A stretch of DNA of 50,832 bases from an uncultured bacterium (lineage in GTDB: Bacteria > Patescibacteriota > Minisyncoccia > UBA6257 > GWB1-50-10): the NCBI GenBank assembly GCA_903827975.1, contig CAIKKG010000014.1, positions 1 to 50,832 of the forward strand, given 5' to 3'. The notes under the pieces are model-generated. The model worked only from the letters and a program-made list of their open reading frames with translations, was not told where the DNA came from and searched no databases. Of this stretch, positions 36,985-47,262 are shown piece after piece. A program made the position numbers and the translations under genes. How positions within the stretch are numbered: the first letter of the stretch is position 1; every line of letters starts with the position of its first letter.

Positions 36985-37728
36985 CTATCCGCAAGCGCCA
37001 TTCACTGGTTTATATCCTTCGTGCGTTTCATCAATTAGATTTTGTAAGAACTCCACATTTTCTTTATAGAATTTCACCTTGCACTTAGTTTCCAGATCTA
37101 TTGTCGCGCTTGTGCTTACTCTTTGTTCGAGAAAACATCTGTTACTTAGATACGAATCAACCTGCGAGTGCCATTTTATAATTCCTTCTTTAATCGAATC
37201 ATACGAAAATGCTTGGCATAACTCCGTTTCATTTATAAAACCATCTAATTTTTTCAGGTATTCTTTGTACTTAGACTCCTGCAATTTTTTAAATGATTGA
37301 TAGAGCCCATCAACGCAATTATTATATGCACCGCTACTTTCGGACATGTCACACTCCATGGTCGGGTTTTTCGTGAGCTTATCGTTATATATCTTCATAT
37401 TTCTATCGCAATTCTCCTCGAAATTTCGCTGGATTTCTGCGGGGCCAAATTCCTGTGTTGAGGAGCCCTCCCCGTATTCCATATAGTCGCTCAAAACTAG
37501 ATTTGCGACCTCCCAATTTATATTGTCGGTTGCTGGGCATACCTTCGAAATCGTGGAGGTTCCCATAGCGTCTGAATAGAAATAAAGAAGAGATATCTCC
37601 CCATCTGAGGTATTCGGCTTCTGTGCATTTTTTAATCCGTTTGTTTTATAAAAATAAAATGAAACTATCGCAACAATTAGTAGCGCTAAGATTATTAATA
37701 CATTCCCCTTCTTTTTAAGAATTTCCAT
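36985..37728 (-). CDS. exported Cys-containing protein, possibly LprI/DUF1311-like C-terminus
   Basis: N-terminal TM; helical C-terminal region with C..Y...W...C...C spacing; start could be 37764. Confidence 0.6.
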   Translation of the reverse strand: MEILKKKGNVLIILALLIVAIVSFYFYKTNGLKNAQKPNTSDGEISLLYFYSDAMGTSTISKVCPATDNINWEVANLVLSDYMEYGEGSSTQEFGPAEIQRNFEENCDRNMKIYNDKLTKNPTMECDMSESSGAYNNCVDGLYQSFKKLQESKYKEYLKKLDGFINETELCQAFSYDSIKEGIIKWHSQVDSYLSNRCFLEQRVSTSATIDLETKCKVKFYKENVEFLQNLIDETHEGYKPVNGACG

Positions 37729-38056
37729 TGTTTTCTTTTTTATCTTCCTCATAATATCCTTCATGCTTCATAATCAGATAAATCTGCCAGGCGTAGCGGA
37801 ATGGAAGGATTGGCCCTAGGAAATTTCCAGCTCGATTCTTTGGGGTGTATTCATCCACAATATCTAGAACATGGAACTGTTCTTCATCTGTCACACTTCT
37901 GCCGATATGTTTAGAAAGATATTCCATCATATCGTCTATATCCGTTATATTCATCTCAATTTCCTCTGGGTCTTTTGCAATCACATCTAAGAGTGTGTAT
38001 TTCGGAATGATGTCGGAGAGTTTTTTCCTTTTCGTGTGCTTATCCATATTGTGCAT
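37715..38056 (-). CDS. acidic hypothetical protein
   Basis: 113-aa ORF divergent from msrA, overlapping the next gene. Confidence 0.6.
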   Translation of the reverse strand: MHNMDKHTKRKKLSDIIPKYTLLDVIAKDPEEIEMNITDIDDMMEYLSKHIGRSVTDEEQFHVLDIVDEYTPKNRAGNFLGPILPFRYAWQIYLIMKHEGYYEEDKKENNGNS

Positions 38057-38080
38057 TCTCTATTTAGGTATAATAACAAT

Positions 38081-38647
38081 ATGACAGATGTACGCAATGA
38101 GCAGAATGCGAATGGAATAGCAGTATTTGGAGGAGGGTGCTTTTGGTGCACGGAGGCGATATTTAAGGAGCTTAGGGGTGTGATTGGGGTTACTCCCGGA
38201 TATACGGGTGGAACGGTTGCGAATCCTACATATGAGGATGTCTCGAGTGGGACGACGGGACATGTGGAGGCCACAAAGATTGAGTATGACCAAAAGGAAG
38301 TCTCATATAAGACACTTCTTACGGTATTTTTTGCGACTCATGACCCAACGAGTTTGAACCGACAAGGGAATGATGTGGGTACGCAGTATCGATCCGCAAT
38401 CTTTTATGCGGATGAGATGCAGAAAGAGGAGGTGAAAAAGTTTATTGAGGAATTAAATAAGGAGGGTGGGAATGCGATTGTGACTGAGCTTAATCCCCTT
38501 TCTGAATTCTATGTGGCTGAGGATTATCATATGAATTATTACGAGAGTCATAAGAATGCACCATATTGCATGCTTGTGATTGCGCCGAAGCTTGAGAAAC
38601 TACATCACACATTTGCAGAATTATTAAAATCAAACGAACAAAAATAA
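38081..38647 (+). CDS. msrA: peptide-methionine (S)-S-oxide reductase
   Basis: GGGCFWC, GYTGG, PTYE.V, HDPT, RQGND.GTQYRS, AEDYH. Confidence 0.98.
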   Translation: MTDVRNEQNANGIAVFGGGCFWCTEAIFKELRGVIGVTPGYTGGTVANPTYEDVSSGTTGHVEATKIEYDQKEVSYKTLLTVFFATHDPTSLNRQGNDVGTQYRSAIFYADEMQKEEVKKFIEELNKEGGNAIVTELNPLSEFYVAEDYHMNYYESHKNAPYCMLVIAPKLEKLHHTFAELLKSNEQK

Positions 38648-38653
38648 TTATTA

Positions 38654-39034
38654 ATGAAAAAAGACGAAGAATTACCGAAGGATTTGTATGCTATCGCTCG
38701 AGAGAAAGGAACCGAGATGCCCTACACCGGAAAGTATTGGAATGAGCATTCTGCAGGGACATATAAATGTGCGATATGTGGCGCGGAGCTTTTTAGTTCG
38801 GATACGAAGTTTGATTCAGGAACTGGGTGGCCGAGTTTTAGTGAGCCGACTAACTTACAGCACATACAACTAACAACTGATAACAGCGGAGGGATGCAAC
38901 GGACCGAGGTTACGTGCAAAAATTGTAGGGCACATCTTGGACATTTGTTTGATGATGGGCCGAGTGAGAAAGGTGGAAAGAGATATTGTATTAATTCCGC
39001 ATGTCTTGAGTTAGATAAGAAAGGAGTACAATAA
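38654..39034 (+). CDS. msrB: peptide-methionine (R)-S-oxide reductase
   Basis: GTE, CxxC twice, KFDSGTGWPSF, HLGH.F.DGP, RYCINS. Confidence 0.98.
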   Translation: MKKDEELPKDLYAIAREKGTEMPYTGKYWNEHSAGTYKCAICGAELFSSDTKFDSGTGWPSFSEPTNLQHIQLTTDNSGGMQRTEVTCKNCRAHLGHLFDDGPSEKGGKRYCINSACLELDKKGVQ

Positions 39035-39040
39035 AGACAT

Positions 39041-39337
39041 ATGGACTTCTTTAAAAGACATTATGAATACCTTAAGGATAATCCTGAAGGGCTATGGTTT
39101 AAGCGAAAGCTATATGGATGGGGTTGGACGCCAGTAAGATGGCAGGGATGGGCTGTAATAGGCCTTTTTGTGGCGTATATGACCTGGATTATCGTTGGAT
39201 TGCCTAAGGGAAGGAATCCAGTGGATGCGGTTATGTATCTCTATTTAGCGAAGGTTGCTGTGGGTGTCGCCGTGCTTATATTCATCTGCTACAAGAAAGG
39301 AGAAAAGCCTCGGTGGCAGTGGGGGTTGAAGAAATAA
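39041..39337 (+). CDS. small 2-TM membrane protein
   Basis: WFKRK.YGWGWTP..WQGW and GEKPRWQWG motifs. Confidence 0.8.
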   Translation: MDFFKRHYEYLKDNPEGLWFKRKLYGWGWTPVRWQGWAVIGLFVAYMTWIIVGLPKGRNPVDAVMYLYLAKVAVGVAVLIFICYKKGEKPRWQWGLKK

Positions 39338-39456
39338 ATAACTACAAACATGCACGCAGAAATGCGTGTTTGTTTTTTTATTGATGCTATTGTAAAATTC
39401 TCCCTGGTACGATAAGCTTTTCGTCGGTACCTTAACCAAAAAGGAGAGCAAATAAT

Positions 39457-40482
39457 ATGAATACAGAAAAGAAACATCAGTCGCTTATGAAGAAGCATCA
39501 CACAGAAAGTGTGAAGAAGAACCTTGCAGGAGTTTCGACTCCGCATGGCTTTACTCTTGATGATGCTATTCGTTCAGGTGTGGAAAATGAAGATTCGGGT
39601 GTCGGCATTTATGCCGGTGACGAAGAGTCGTACGTTCTTTTTTCAGAGATTTTTGATCCCGTTATTGAAGAGTATCACGGTGGCTACAAGCCAACTGATA
39701 TGCATACTGCGGATCTTGATTCAGAGAAGCTTATTGCGGACAGCATTGATCCTGATGGCACCTTTGTCGTCTCGACACGCATCCGTGTGGGCCGTAACTT
39801 GAAGGGCACAGGATTCTCCCCCGCCATCAAGCAGGACGAGCGTCGTGAAGTGGAACAGAATGTAGTGAATGCACTTTCTACGTTGTCCGGCGAATTGAGC
39901 GGAGAGTATTATCCGATTTTGGGCATGAACGAAGAAATTCGTGAAAGGCTCGTCACTGACCATTTCTTATTTAAGCAGGGTGACCGATTCCTCGCATCCG
40001 CAGGCGCAAACCGCGACTGGCCGGAAGGACGAGGTATTTTCCACTCAGGCGACAAGCGTTTTCTTGTCTGGGTCAATGAAGAAGACCAGCTTCGCATTAT
40101 TTCCATGCAGGAAGGTGGTGGCATCCGAGAGGTGTTCGAACGTCTCTCAGGTGGCATCCGCACATTGCAGGAGAAACTTGCGTTCGCATACACGGACCAT
40201 CTCGGATATCTTTCGAGCTGCCCGACGAACCTCGGAACTGCGATGCGCGCCAGCGTGCATGTGAAGTTGCCGAAGCTAGGCAAGAACGAGGAGCACTTGA
40301 AGCGAATCTGTAAGGAATTGAAACTCTCTGTGCGTGGCATTAATGGTGAGCACTCAGATAGTGAAGGTGGTGTCTATGACATTTCGAACAAACAGCGCCT
40401 TGGAATTTCCGAGGTGAATGCAGTAAACCTGCTCATTCGAGGTGTTGGCACTCTCATTATGCTTGAAAAGTGCGCAGACTAA
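39457..40482 (+). CDS. arginine kinase (eukaryote-type ATP:guanidino phosphotransferase)
   Basis: N-domain SGVENEDSGVGIYAGD..SY and FDPVIEEYH; STRIRVGRN, DHFLF, WPEGRG, NEEDQLR, CPTNLGT, RG..GEH; AAGGAG SD. Confidence 0.93.
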   Translation: MNTEKKHQSLMKKHHTESVKKNLAGVSTPHGFTLDDAIRSGVENEDSGVGIYAGDEESYVLFSEIFDPVIEEYHGGYKPTDMHTADLDSEKLIADSIDPDGTFVVSTRIRVGRNLKGTGFSPAIKQDERREVEQNVVNALSTLSGELSGEYYPILGMNEEIRERLVTDHFLFKQGDRFLASAGANRDWPEGRGIFHSGDKRFLVWVNEEDQLRIISMQEGGGIREVFERLSGGIRTLQEKLAFAYTDHLGYLSSCPTNLGTAMRASVHVKLPKLGKNEEHLKRICKELKLSVRGINGEHSDSEGGVYDISNKQRLGISEVNAVNLLIRGVGTLIMLEKCAD

Positions 40483-40502
40483 TGTTTCGCAAGTAATTAA
40501 AA

Positions 40503-40579
40503 AAACTCCCGCTAATCCCGGGAGTTTATTTTTTTCATTAAAACAAAAAACCCCGATTTAATTCGGAGTTTTTTGTTTT
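40503..40579. terminator. two opposed terminators (40503..40535 and 40540..40579)
   Basis: AAACTCCCG..CGGGAGTTT+T-tract and AAAACAAAAAACCCCGA..TCGGAGTTTTTTGTTTT. Confidence 0.7.
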
Positions 40580-40585
40580 CTTACT

Positions 40586-43500
40586 TTATCGTGATGTCTG
40601 CATTTTCTTTAACACATCCATCATGTAATTTAACTGTTCAATTATTGATGCCTGAATTTGAGAATTATCTGGCTTAATAATAGCGGGTTGGATAATTATA
40701 TTTCCCGTACTATATTCGCATGCCTGCGATTGCCAGTTATCTGTGGACAAGCAGACATTTAGTTTATACACGCCAGGGTCAACATTTGGTGAAAATATTG
40801 CAGAATTTGAACCAGCAGTACCCTGAGTCGATTGCTGTTCCTGCTGATACCCAGAGTCCGTTGTTAAATAGATTTTTATTGATCCATTAACATTTTGATT
40901 CCATTTTGCAGTAATGGATCTCATCGGCATGTATGAGCCAGACTGTGGAGATGTCAGGGTAACTGTAGGAGTTACACTTATTATTGGTGTTGGTATAAGA
41001 GTGAAGCTCGATAAATTGCTATAGCCGGTACCTTTGGCAATAACACGAATATTATAGTACTGACTAGAACCAGATCCCTGCAATTTTAGAACCTCATCTG
41101 TAAGTTTAAGGATTACATCATCTGCCATTGTGAACTGAACAGAGTCTGTTGTGGAATTTGTTGAGAATGAGATGTTATTTGAGGTTATCGTAGTTTTCAG
41201 CACCCCTCCACTATAAAACTCAACTGCATAAACATATGCGAGATTTGTACCATTAATAGTAACTGTGGTATTTATATCTCCGCGTACAGGATTAACCGAC
41301 GTTATTTTTGGCGATGTTTCTGAATTGAGGCAGAATGTACCATCGCTTTGATCAAGATTTGTTCCGTATGGTAATTGCAAAGCAATTTTATAGTCGCAAC
41401 CCGCTACTGGCGTTGAGTTATTAGTGGTTGCGCCTGCGTCCCACCATATGGTGCCTGATCCTATACTTCCATCATCTGAACCGGTTTGAAGGGTGGAAAA
41501 AATCGTACCCACATTAACACCTCCTTTGACCAGAACAACACTTGGCTTTGCGCCAGACTTGTATTTATACGTTATGATCGTCGACTGGCCCTGGGTGAAC
41601 TGTTCTCCACCATTTGGACTTACTACTCTATATGTCGATGTTGCAACGCTATCACCCCTCATTGTTACGGTGGCAAGTGACGCACTGTTGATGGAAAGCT
41701 GGAACGTATCCCCATTATTTCCCGTGTTCGCTGTCTTAACTGTTAGATATCTGAAGCCGCCGATAGCAATATCGCGAGCCATCTTAGAAACATTTGAGAT
41801 ATCAAGGAAGCAGATTCCCTTATCGCAAGGAGTGTTTGATCCATACGAGTACATCGTGTCGCTTTGTGAGCCACCATCAGCAGAAGCGAACAGATTAAAT
41901 TTCATTTCTGACTGAGTGCTACCGCTATTCGAAATCGTGAATGGTTCATTCAGAACATATAGAGATGAGCCATTGTTTGTGAGCTTGAATACTCCAATGG
42001 TTTGTCCCGCTGAGGTTCCAACTTGCGTTGCGCTGAGTGGTGAAATTGAAGTTATTGTAGGAGTTACACTTATTATTGGTGTTGGTATAAGAGTGAAGCC
42101 ATAGGAATTGCTATAGCCGGTACCTTTGGCAATAACACGAATATCATAGTACTGACTAGAACCAGATCCCTGTAACTTTAGAACCTCATTTGCAAGTTTA
42201 AGGATTACATTATCTGCCATTGTGAACCGAACAGAGTCTGTTGTGGAATTTTTTGAGAATGAGATGTTATTTGAGGTTATCGTAGTTTTCAGCACCCCTC
42301 CACTATAAAACTCAACTGCATAAACATATGCAAGATTTGTACCATTAATAGTAACGGCGGTATCTATATCTCCGCGTACAGGATTAACCGACGTTATTTT
42401 AGGAGCGTCAGACTGAAGTGCATTTAATGTGAAATTAAAACGGTTACTATTGCATCCGCCTTGGCAGGCATTTGTAACCACTCCAAGTTGGTATGTGCCT
42501 GGTTCCACATTTGCAGCAAAGATGCTAGCTACGGTAAATACAACACTATTTGCGGATACTGAAGATGGGAAGATGGTCGCCGCAAGAGAGTTATTTGAGT
42601 TGTAGAATTCAACATTTGATGTGCCGGAAAGATTAGTACCATAAATAGTTACACTAGTTCCAGAAGTTCCTGAGGTTGGCGAAATTGAAGAGATTGATGG
42701 CATGCTTTTGGTATTTGGATAAGTAAGCGTGAAAGCGACCTTGTTACTTGTTCCGTTTGATGTTACAACATCAATCCAAAATGTTCCTGAATATCCGAGT
42801 AAATCCATTAAGCTCTTTGTTATCAAAAACCCTGCTGGACTTGCAGCTGAAATATCTGAACCCGATAGTGTGGCTAGAATATTTCCATTACCAGAAACAA
42901 ATTCAATCGACTTTACAACGCCGTAGATATTATTTCCATATATAGCAATAGTATTATTTATCGTACCCTGTGATGGTCTGATATCTGTAATATATGGGGT
43001 TGCTGAATTAGATTCAATTAGGATGCTAATGCTAACTACATTGCTGCCAACGCCACCACCTAATAAAACCTGAATTACATCAGAACCAACTCCTGGGGGT
43101 ACTACAAATGTAAGTTGTGAACTGGAGAGTACTTTTGCCCATGCACCCACTGAAGTTTTTAGAAATACTACTGACGCACCTTCTGTAAAGTTAGTCCCAT
43201 ATACTGTAACAGTATCACCTATTTTTGCAGTTGTCGGATAAATTGAAGTGATTGTAGGAGTGGTAGATGTGGATGTTATTATTTTTGAACTAATTACTGT
43301 AAATGACTGAGTTCTCGCAATTGCGCAGCTATATGTTTTCTCACAGAGGCCCGTCTGGGTCATTGAGAGTGTGTATGATGCCGGTATTACATTTGTCGGG
43401 ATTTTAAACGCCTCCTTATTAGCATAAGCCGTAGAATATGATTTTACGTTTCCGAGAGTGTACTCATAACCGCCCTTAACATCGGATGTTGAGATTCTTA

Positions 43501-44200
43501 CTACAAACTGGTCACCAATTTTTGATGGTTTGTATGTTAATCCAATCTTGTCACCGACGGTGAAGGTTTCTCCGCCAGATGGGTTTACAATTGAAACCGA
43601 TGAAGATGGCTTCTTCTTTGCTAATTCTGTTTCGGAGCCACCAGAAGTTGCAGATGAGCTATCTAATGAAGCACTTCCTGATGCTGAACTGTTTGATGAA
43701 GAATTGTCTGAGGTTGAGCTAACATCTGAGCCAGATGACTGTGTTACGCAAGAACTTAGACCACCAAGTGCTTTAAGTGTTGCGCTATCAACCATTCCTG
43801 AGACACCAAGACCGTTTTCATCCTGAAAACTCTTAAGAGCAATCTGTGTCATTGAACCAAAATAACCCGTCGGTTTAGCGGATAAGTATCCGTTATCGTT
43901 TAGGATTTTTTGTAATTTTGATACGGCTGAGCTTGAGCTTCCTTTCTTTAGTCCGCTAAAGCCTGATGTGTCACAGGACGTAGTTACTGAGGTTATTGAA
44001 TCAGATGAAGCACTTGAGCCAGACGATGAGCCTGACTGGCTATTTTGCGAATCTACTTTTGCTTGAAGCAGCTTTAACTGCGCCATCAAAGCCTGAATCT
44101 GAGAGGACAGATCTGATGTCTGTGCCTGACCTTTTGCTGGGATGACTACTCCTGCAAAAATGAGAACTACTGCAAAACCTATGACGAGAAACCTTTTCAT
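40586..44200 (-). CDS. large Ser/Thr-rich surface protein: peptidoglycan-binding domain plus multiple IPT/TIG (Ig-like) domains
   Basis: Signal peptide; V..LQ..L...GY...TGYFG..T..ALK.FQ; repeated P.ITSI.P..G..G..VTIYGTN; SPNGGE modules. Confidence 0.88.
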   Translation of the reverse strand: MKRFLVIGFAVVLIFAGVVIPAKGQAQTSDLSSQIQALMAQLKLLQAKVDSQNSQSGSSSGSSASSDSITSVTTSCDTSGFSGLKKGSSSSAVSKLQKILNDNGYLSAKPTGYFGSMTQIALKSFQDENGLGVSGMVDSATLKALGGLSSCVTQSSGSDVSSTSDNSSSNSSASGSASLDSSSATSGGSETELAKKKPSSSVSIVNPSGGETFTVGDKIGLTYKPSKIGDQFVVRISTSDVKGGYEYTLGNVKSYSTAYANKEAFKIPTNVIPASYTLSMTQTGLCEKTYSCAIARTQSFTVISSKIITSTSTTPTITSIYPTTAKIGDTVTVYGTNFTEGASVVFLKTSVGAWAKVLSSSQLTFVVPPGVGSDVIQVLLGGGVGSNVVSISILIESNSATPYITDIRPSQGTINNTIAIYGNNIYGVVKSIEFVSGNGNILATLSGSDISAASPAGFLITKSLMDLLGYSGTFWIDVVTSNGTSNKVAFTLTYPNTKSMPSISSISPTSGTSGTSVTIYGTNLSGTSNVEFYNSNNSLAATIFPSSVSANSVVFTVASIFAANVEPGTYQLGVVTNACQGGCNSNRFNFTLNALQSDAPKITSVNPVRGDIDTAVTINGTNLAYVYAVEFYSGGVLKTTITSNNISFSKNSTTDSVRFTMADNVILKLANEVLKLQGSGSSQYYDIRVIAKGTGYSNSYGFTLIPTPIISVTPTITSISPLSATQVGTSAGQTIGVFKLTNNGSSLYVLNEPFTISNSGSTQSEMKFNLFASADGGSQSDTMYSYGSNTPCDKGICFLDISNVSKMARDIAIGGFRYLTVKTANTGNNGDTFQLSINSASLATVTMRGDSVATSTYRVVSPNGGEQFTQGQSTIITYKYKSGAKPSVVLVKGGVNVGTIFSTLQTGSDDGSIGSGTIWWDAGATTNNSTPVAGCDYKIALQLPYGTNLDQSDGTFCLNSETSPKITSVNPVRGDINTTVTINGTNLAYVYAVEFYSGGVLKTTITSNNISFSTNSTTDSVQFTMADDVILKLTDEVLKLQGSGSSQYYNIRVIAKGTGYSNLSSFTLIPTPIISVTPTVTLTSPQSGSYMPMRSITAKWNQNVNGSIKIYLTTDSGYQQEQQSTQGTAGSNSAIFSPNVDPGVYKLNVCLSTDNWQSQACEYSTGNIIIQPAIIKPDNSQIQASIIEQLNYMMDVLKKMQTSR
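40964..42400 (-). repeat. 345-bp intragenic domain duplication (40964..41308 and 42056..42400)
   Basis: Manual alignment, ungapped, about 17 mismatches. Confidence 0.9.
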
Positions 44201-44329
44201 AATGAACTGGATATATTTTATTATTTAAATTGTGTATCCGACCTTTCATTAAACTGCTGTTACTATTAAAAATACCCCCCCCCCACTGGGAAACGCAATG
44301 AAAATTTGGGGATAAGTATTAGGAGTTTT

Positions 44330-45580
44330 CTATTCTACTACTGAATTTCCCGCGACAAAGCCAGTCGTCCAGCAGAGCTGAAGACTATATCCGCCAGATG
44401 GCCTATCAATGTCTAAAATATCGCCTACGAGATAAAGATTTGGATATAGACGTGAACGCATTGTTTTAAAATCAACCTCGCTGAGTGTTACCCCACCACT
44501 TGTGACAATCGCCTTATCAAGACCAAGGAGTTTATCAACATTCATTGGAATCGCTTTTAATAAATGAATGAGCTTTATGCGCGACTCACGTGTTACGCTG
44601 TGGCACTTTGTTTCTGGATTTATTCCAGAGAGTTCAATAATAATCGGTGCGATTGATGAGGGAATAAGATTTACGAGTGCATTTCCAAAATTTTTCTTAT
44701 CGTGCTCCTTAAACAATTCTTGAAGTTTTGTATTTAGCATTCCGTAGTCCTCCTTTGGTAATACATCAAGCGATAGAATCACGCTCCCATATTTTAAGAG
44801 CTCGCCCACATCCTTACTCATATTTAATATTGTTGGACCACTTAATCCAACATGTGTGAAAAGAATCTTTCCTTTTGAAACGCCCTGCTTCTCATTATTT
44901 TGAAAAATTGTGATTTTAACATTCTCCAAGCTAACACCTGAAAGTTGTCTGACCCATTTATCTTTTATTGCGATAGGTACAAGTGATGCCTCTGGCTTTA
45001 TGATTGTGTGGCCAATGTCTCTTAACCACGAATATCCGTCTCCAGTTGAGCCAGTTTCTGGGCGTGAGGTTCCTCCTGTTGCTATGATTACAGAATTTCC
45101 TCGGATTATTTTCTTATTTTTTAATTTAACTCCGATTATTTTTTTATCCTCGCGAGCTATCTCAACAACTCCCGAATTTGAAAGAATGGTCACATTGTGT
45201 GCCTTCATATATTCCGAAAGGACGTGTAGCACGGATTTTGAGGAGTCTGATGTTGGAAATACGCGCAGACCAGCCTCTACTTTCGTAGGCATTCCTTTTG
45301 TATGAAAAAATTCTAGTGTCTCCCCTACGCTCCACTGAGAAAATGCGGAAAATAAAAATTGTTCTGCCACCTTGAATTTTGCTAGAAGCTTTCTTGTATC
45401 AGTCTCCGCATTTGTGAGATTGCACCTGCCTCCACCCGTTATTAGAAGCTTCTTCCCGAGGGACTCATTTTTCTCAACTAAAAGCACGCGCGCGCCTTTC
45501 TCTGCGGCTCTTCCGGCTGACATCATTCCAGCAGGACCACCACCAACCACAATTACGTCCCAGACTGAGTTATCTTCCAT
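44330..45580 (-). CDS. HI0933/BaiN-family NAD(P)/FAD-dependent oxidoreductase
   Basis: GGGPAGM, KLLITGGGRCN.TN, ATGG.S.P.TGSTGDG, LFTH.GLSGP, T.GGV, GGY.LQ. Confidence 0.95.
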   Translation of the reverse strand: MEDNSVWDVIVVGGGPAGMMSAGRAAEKGARVLLVEKNESLGKKLLITGGGRCNLTNAETDTRKLLAKFKVAEQFLFSAFSQWSVGETLEFFHTKGMPTKVEAGLRVFPTSDSSKSVLHVLSEYMKAHNVTILSNSGVVEIAREDKKIIGVKLKNKKIIRGNSVIIATGGTSRPETGSTGDGYSWLRDIGHTIIKPEASLVPIAIKDKWVRQLSGVSLENVKITIFQNNEKQGVSKGKILFTHVGLSGPTILNMSKDVGELLKYGSVILSLDVLPKEDYGMLNTKLQELFKEHDKKNFGNALVNLIPSSIAPIIIELSGINPETKCHSVTRESRIKLIHLLKAIPMNVDKLLGLDKAIVTSGGVTLSEVDFKTMRSRLYPNLYLVGDILDIDRPSGGYSLQLCWTTGFVAGNSVVE

Positions 45581-45617
45581 TTAGGCCATACTAACAGAAA
45601 AACTGAATAGTATAAAC

Positions 45618-45645
45618 AAAAAACGCCACCCCGCAAGGGTGGCGT
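45618..45645 (-). terminator. intrinsic terminator
   Basis: ACGCCACCC-CGCAA-GGGTGGCGT with A-tract on the + strand. Confidence 0.75.
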
Positions 45646-45650
45646 AATTA

Positions 45651-47066
45651 TTAACTTAATAGATAATTCATCGCATCTTGTGCGAAATAATCCCCCTCAT
45701 CGTCCTTCATTATGAGTTTCAGGAAGCTCAGATCATCACCCATTGTAATTATTGGTGCCTCACTAGGATTCCCGAGATCAACTGCGGACATGAGTCCATT
45801 GCAGAGACAGCCACGACCTTCACAATCCGCAACGTTACCACCTTTCACAAAGAAGTTCGTTAAGGGTTCACTCGCACATCTGTATCCTATCGTTCCATCG
45901 GCCTTTTCGTAAAGTGAGACCAACTCACCCTGATTACAAATGCGAGCTCGTTCATTGTAGACACCTGAATCAGCAATTGTTTCACCAAGCTCAACAACCT
46001 TAAAAGGAAATCCAGTTGGTGAGATTCGCATGTCTGTTCGAATTGTTAGTTCGTTATTAAATCCAAGCTTACGGATTTTTTTGCGAAGTTCAGGATTCAT
46101 TCCAGATTCCTCACAGAGTGCGAAGATTGAACCGGCTTGAATACCACTTGCGCCGACTGAGAGTGCCCATTTTAATTTTTCTGGTGATGCATGCGAGCCA
46201 CCAATCCAGAATGGAATCCCAAGTTTGGCAAGTAAGGGATAATCAACAAAATCTTTTTCACCATACACTGGAAGCGGTTCACCCTGTGCACCCAACAAGA
46301 GCTTTCTCGGTGGCGCATTGTGTCCGCCAGCAGTTGGTTCCTCAACTACGAATCCATCAATACTTCCTGCTGGCAGTTTCTTCATGAACATATTTGCGAG
46401 CAGATTTGATGCGATGATTGGAACGAATCCAGGCTTCTTCATTTTGGGAAGTCGGTCTCCAAAAAACTTCTCGGCATCAAACTTCATTGTGTGACTTTTA
46501 ATATCATCCCCAATTACTGGAACTCTGTAGCTTGCTTCTCTTCCATTATAAATATCATCAATCAATTTCGGAATCTGAAGCGGAATGCCAGCACCCATTG
46601 TTATGTAATCAACTCCAGCAAGCATTGCACCAGTAATTGCATACACATGATGCATGGCAATTTTTTCCAGATAATTAATGCTTATTGGATTTGGATTATT
46701 TTCCTTTGCTAGCCAGACGAATGCAAAATTTGAGCAAACCGTAAGAGCAATCAGTAAGCTAGTCGGGTTTACTGTGAACATTGGAACTGACTTAAAAGAC
46801 TTTCCTTTCGGAATACCACCCTCAACAAAATAGATTTTAATGAGAGGTTCTGAAATATGCGGGAATGGAAAATGCGAAAGTGCACGACGCATGTGTCCGC
46901 CAGGATCACCTAACTGCAAAACTCTTGGAAGTAGTCTTTGCAAGACCACTCCAGAGATTGTTCCTCTTCCTCCTAAAAGTGATACTGAACGTGCAAGGTG
47001 CCATCCTGACACATTTACGCCCATTCCACCCTGAATGACCTTCGGTAATGCCGTGTATGATTCCAT
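45651..47066 (-). CDS. nitronate monooxygenase / 2-nitropropane dioxygenase-family FMN enzyme
   Basis: IQGGMG, MGAGIP, E.PTAGGHNAPP, GIQAGS.F...EESG, SPTGFPFK. Confidence 0.9.
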   Translation of the reverse strand: MESYTALPKVIQGGMGVNVSGWHLARSVSLLGGRGTISGVVLQRLLPRVLQLGDPGGHMRRALSHFPFPHISEPLIKIYFVEGGIPKGKSFKSVPMFTVNPTSLLIALTVCSNFAFVWLAKENNPNPISINYLEKIAMHHVYAITGAMLAGVDYITMGAGIPLQIPKLIDDIYNGREASYRVPVIGDDIKSHTMKFDAEKFFGDRLPKMKKPGFVPIIASNLLANMFMKKLPAGSIDGFVVEEPTAGGHNAPPRKLLLGAQGEPLPVYGEKDFVDYPLLAKLGIPFWIGGSHASPEKLKWALSVGASGIQAGSIFALCEESGMNPELRKKIRKLGFNNELTIRTDMRISPTGFPFKVVELGETIADSGVYNERARICNQGELVSLYEKADGTIGYRCASEPLTNFFVKGGNVADCEGRGCLCNGLMSAVDLGNPSEAPIITMGDDLSFLKLIMKDDEGDYFAQDAMNYLLS

Positions 47067-47262
47067 GATTTTCTCCTTTTTGAATCATCTATTTATGAAA
47101 TTGTGTAGTGCTATTAATAGGTATACCACTCGTAGATGAGCGTATCAAGTAAGAATAAACACGATGCACCAAATAATGAACCTTAGTTGTATTATTTATA
47201 TAGCAATCTGTTGGGTCTTAAAAAAACTCTATTTTTGTGCTAGACTAGTTTACATTACAATT

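Noticed and set aside
39457..40482. McsB protein-arginine kinase
   Set aside because: It has the N-terminal phosphagen-kinase domain, lacks the McsB C-terminal extension, and has no ctsR/mcsA/clpC context.
40964..42400. Near-identical 345-bp repeats as a DGR template/variable repeat pair
   Set aside because: Many mismatches involve coding-strand A, but in both directions and with non-A changes. Both copies are coding, and no reverse transcriptase is in the window.
44275..44316. Poly-C tract and GGGGATAA upstream of the surface protein as a phase-variation or DnaA site
   Set aside because: A single DnaA-like box, and the C-run's position relative to a promoter cannot be established from sequence alone. 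Read-level length variation would be needed.
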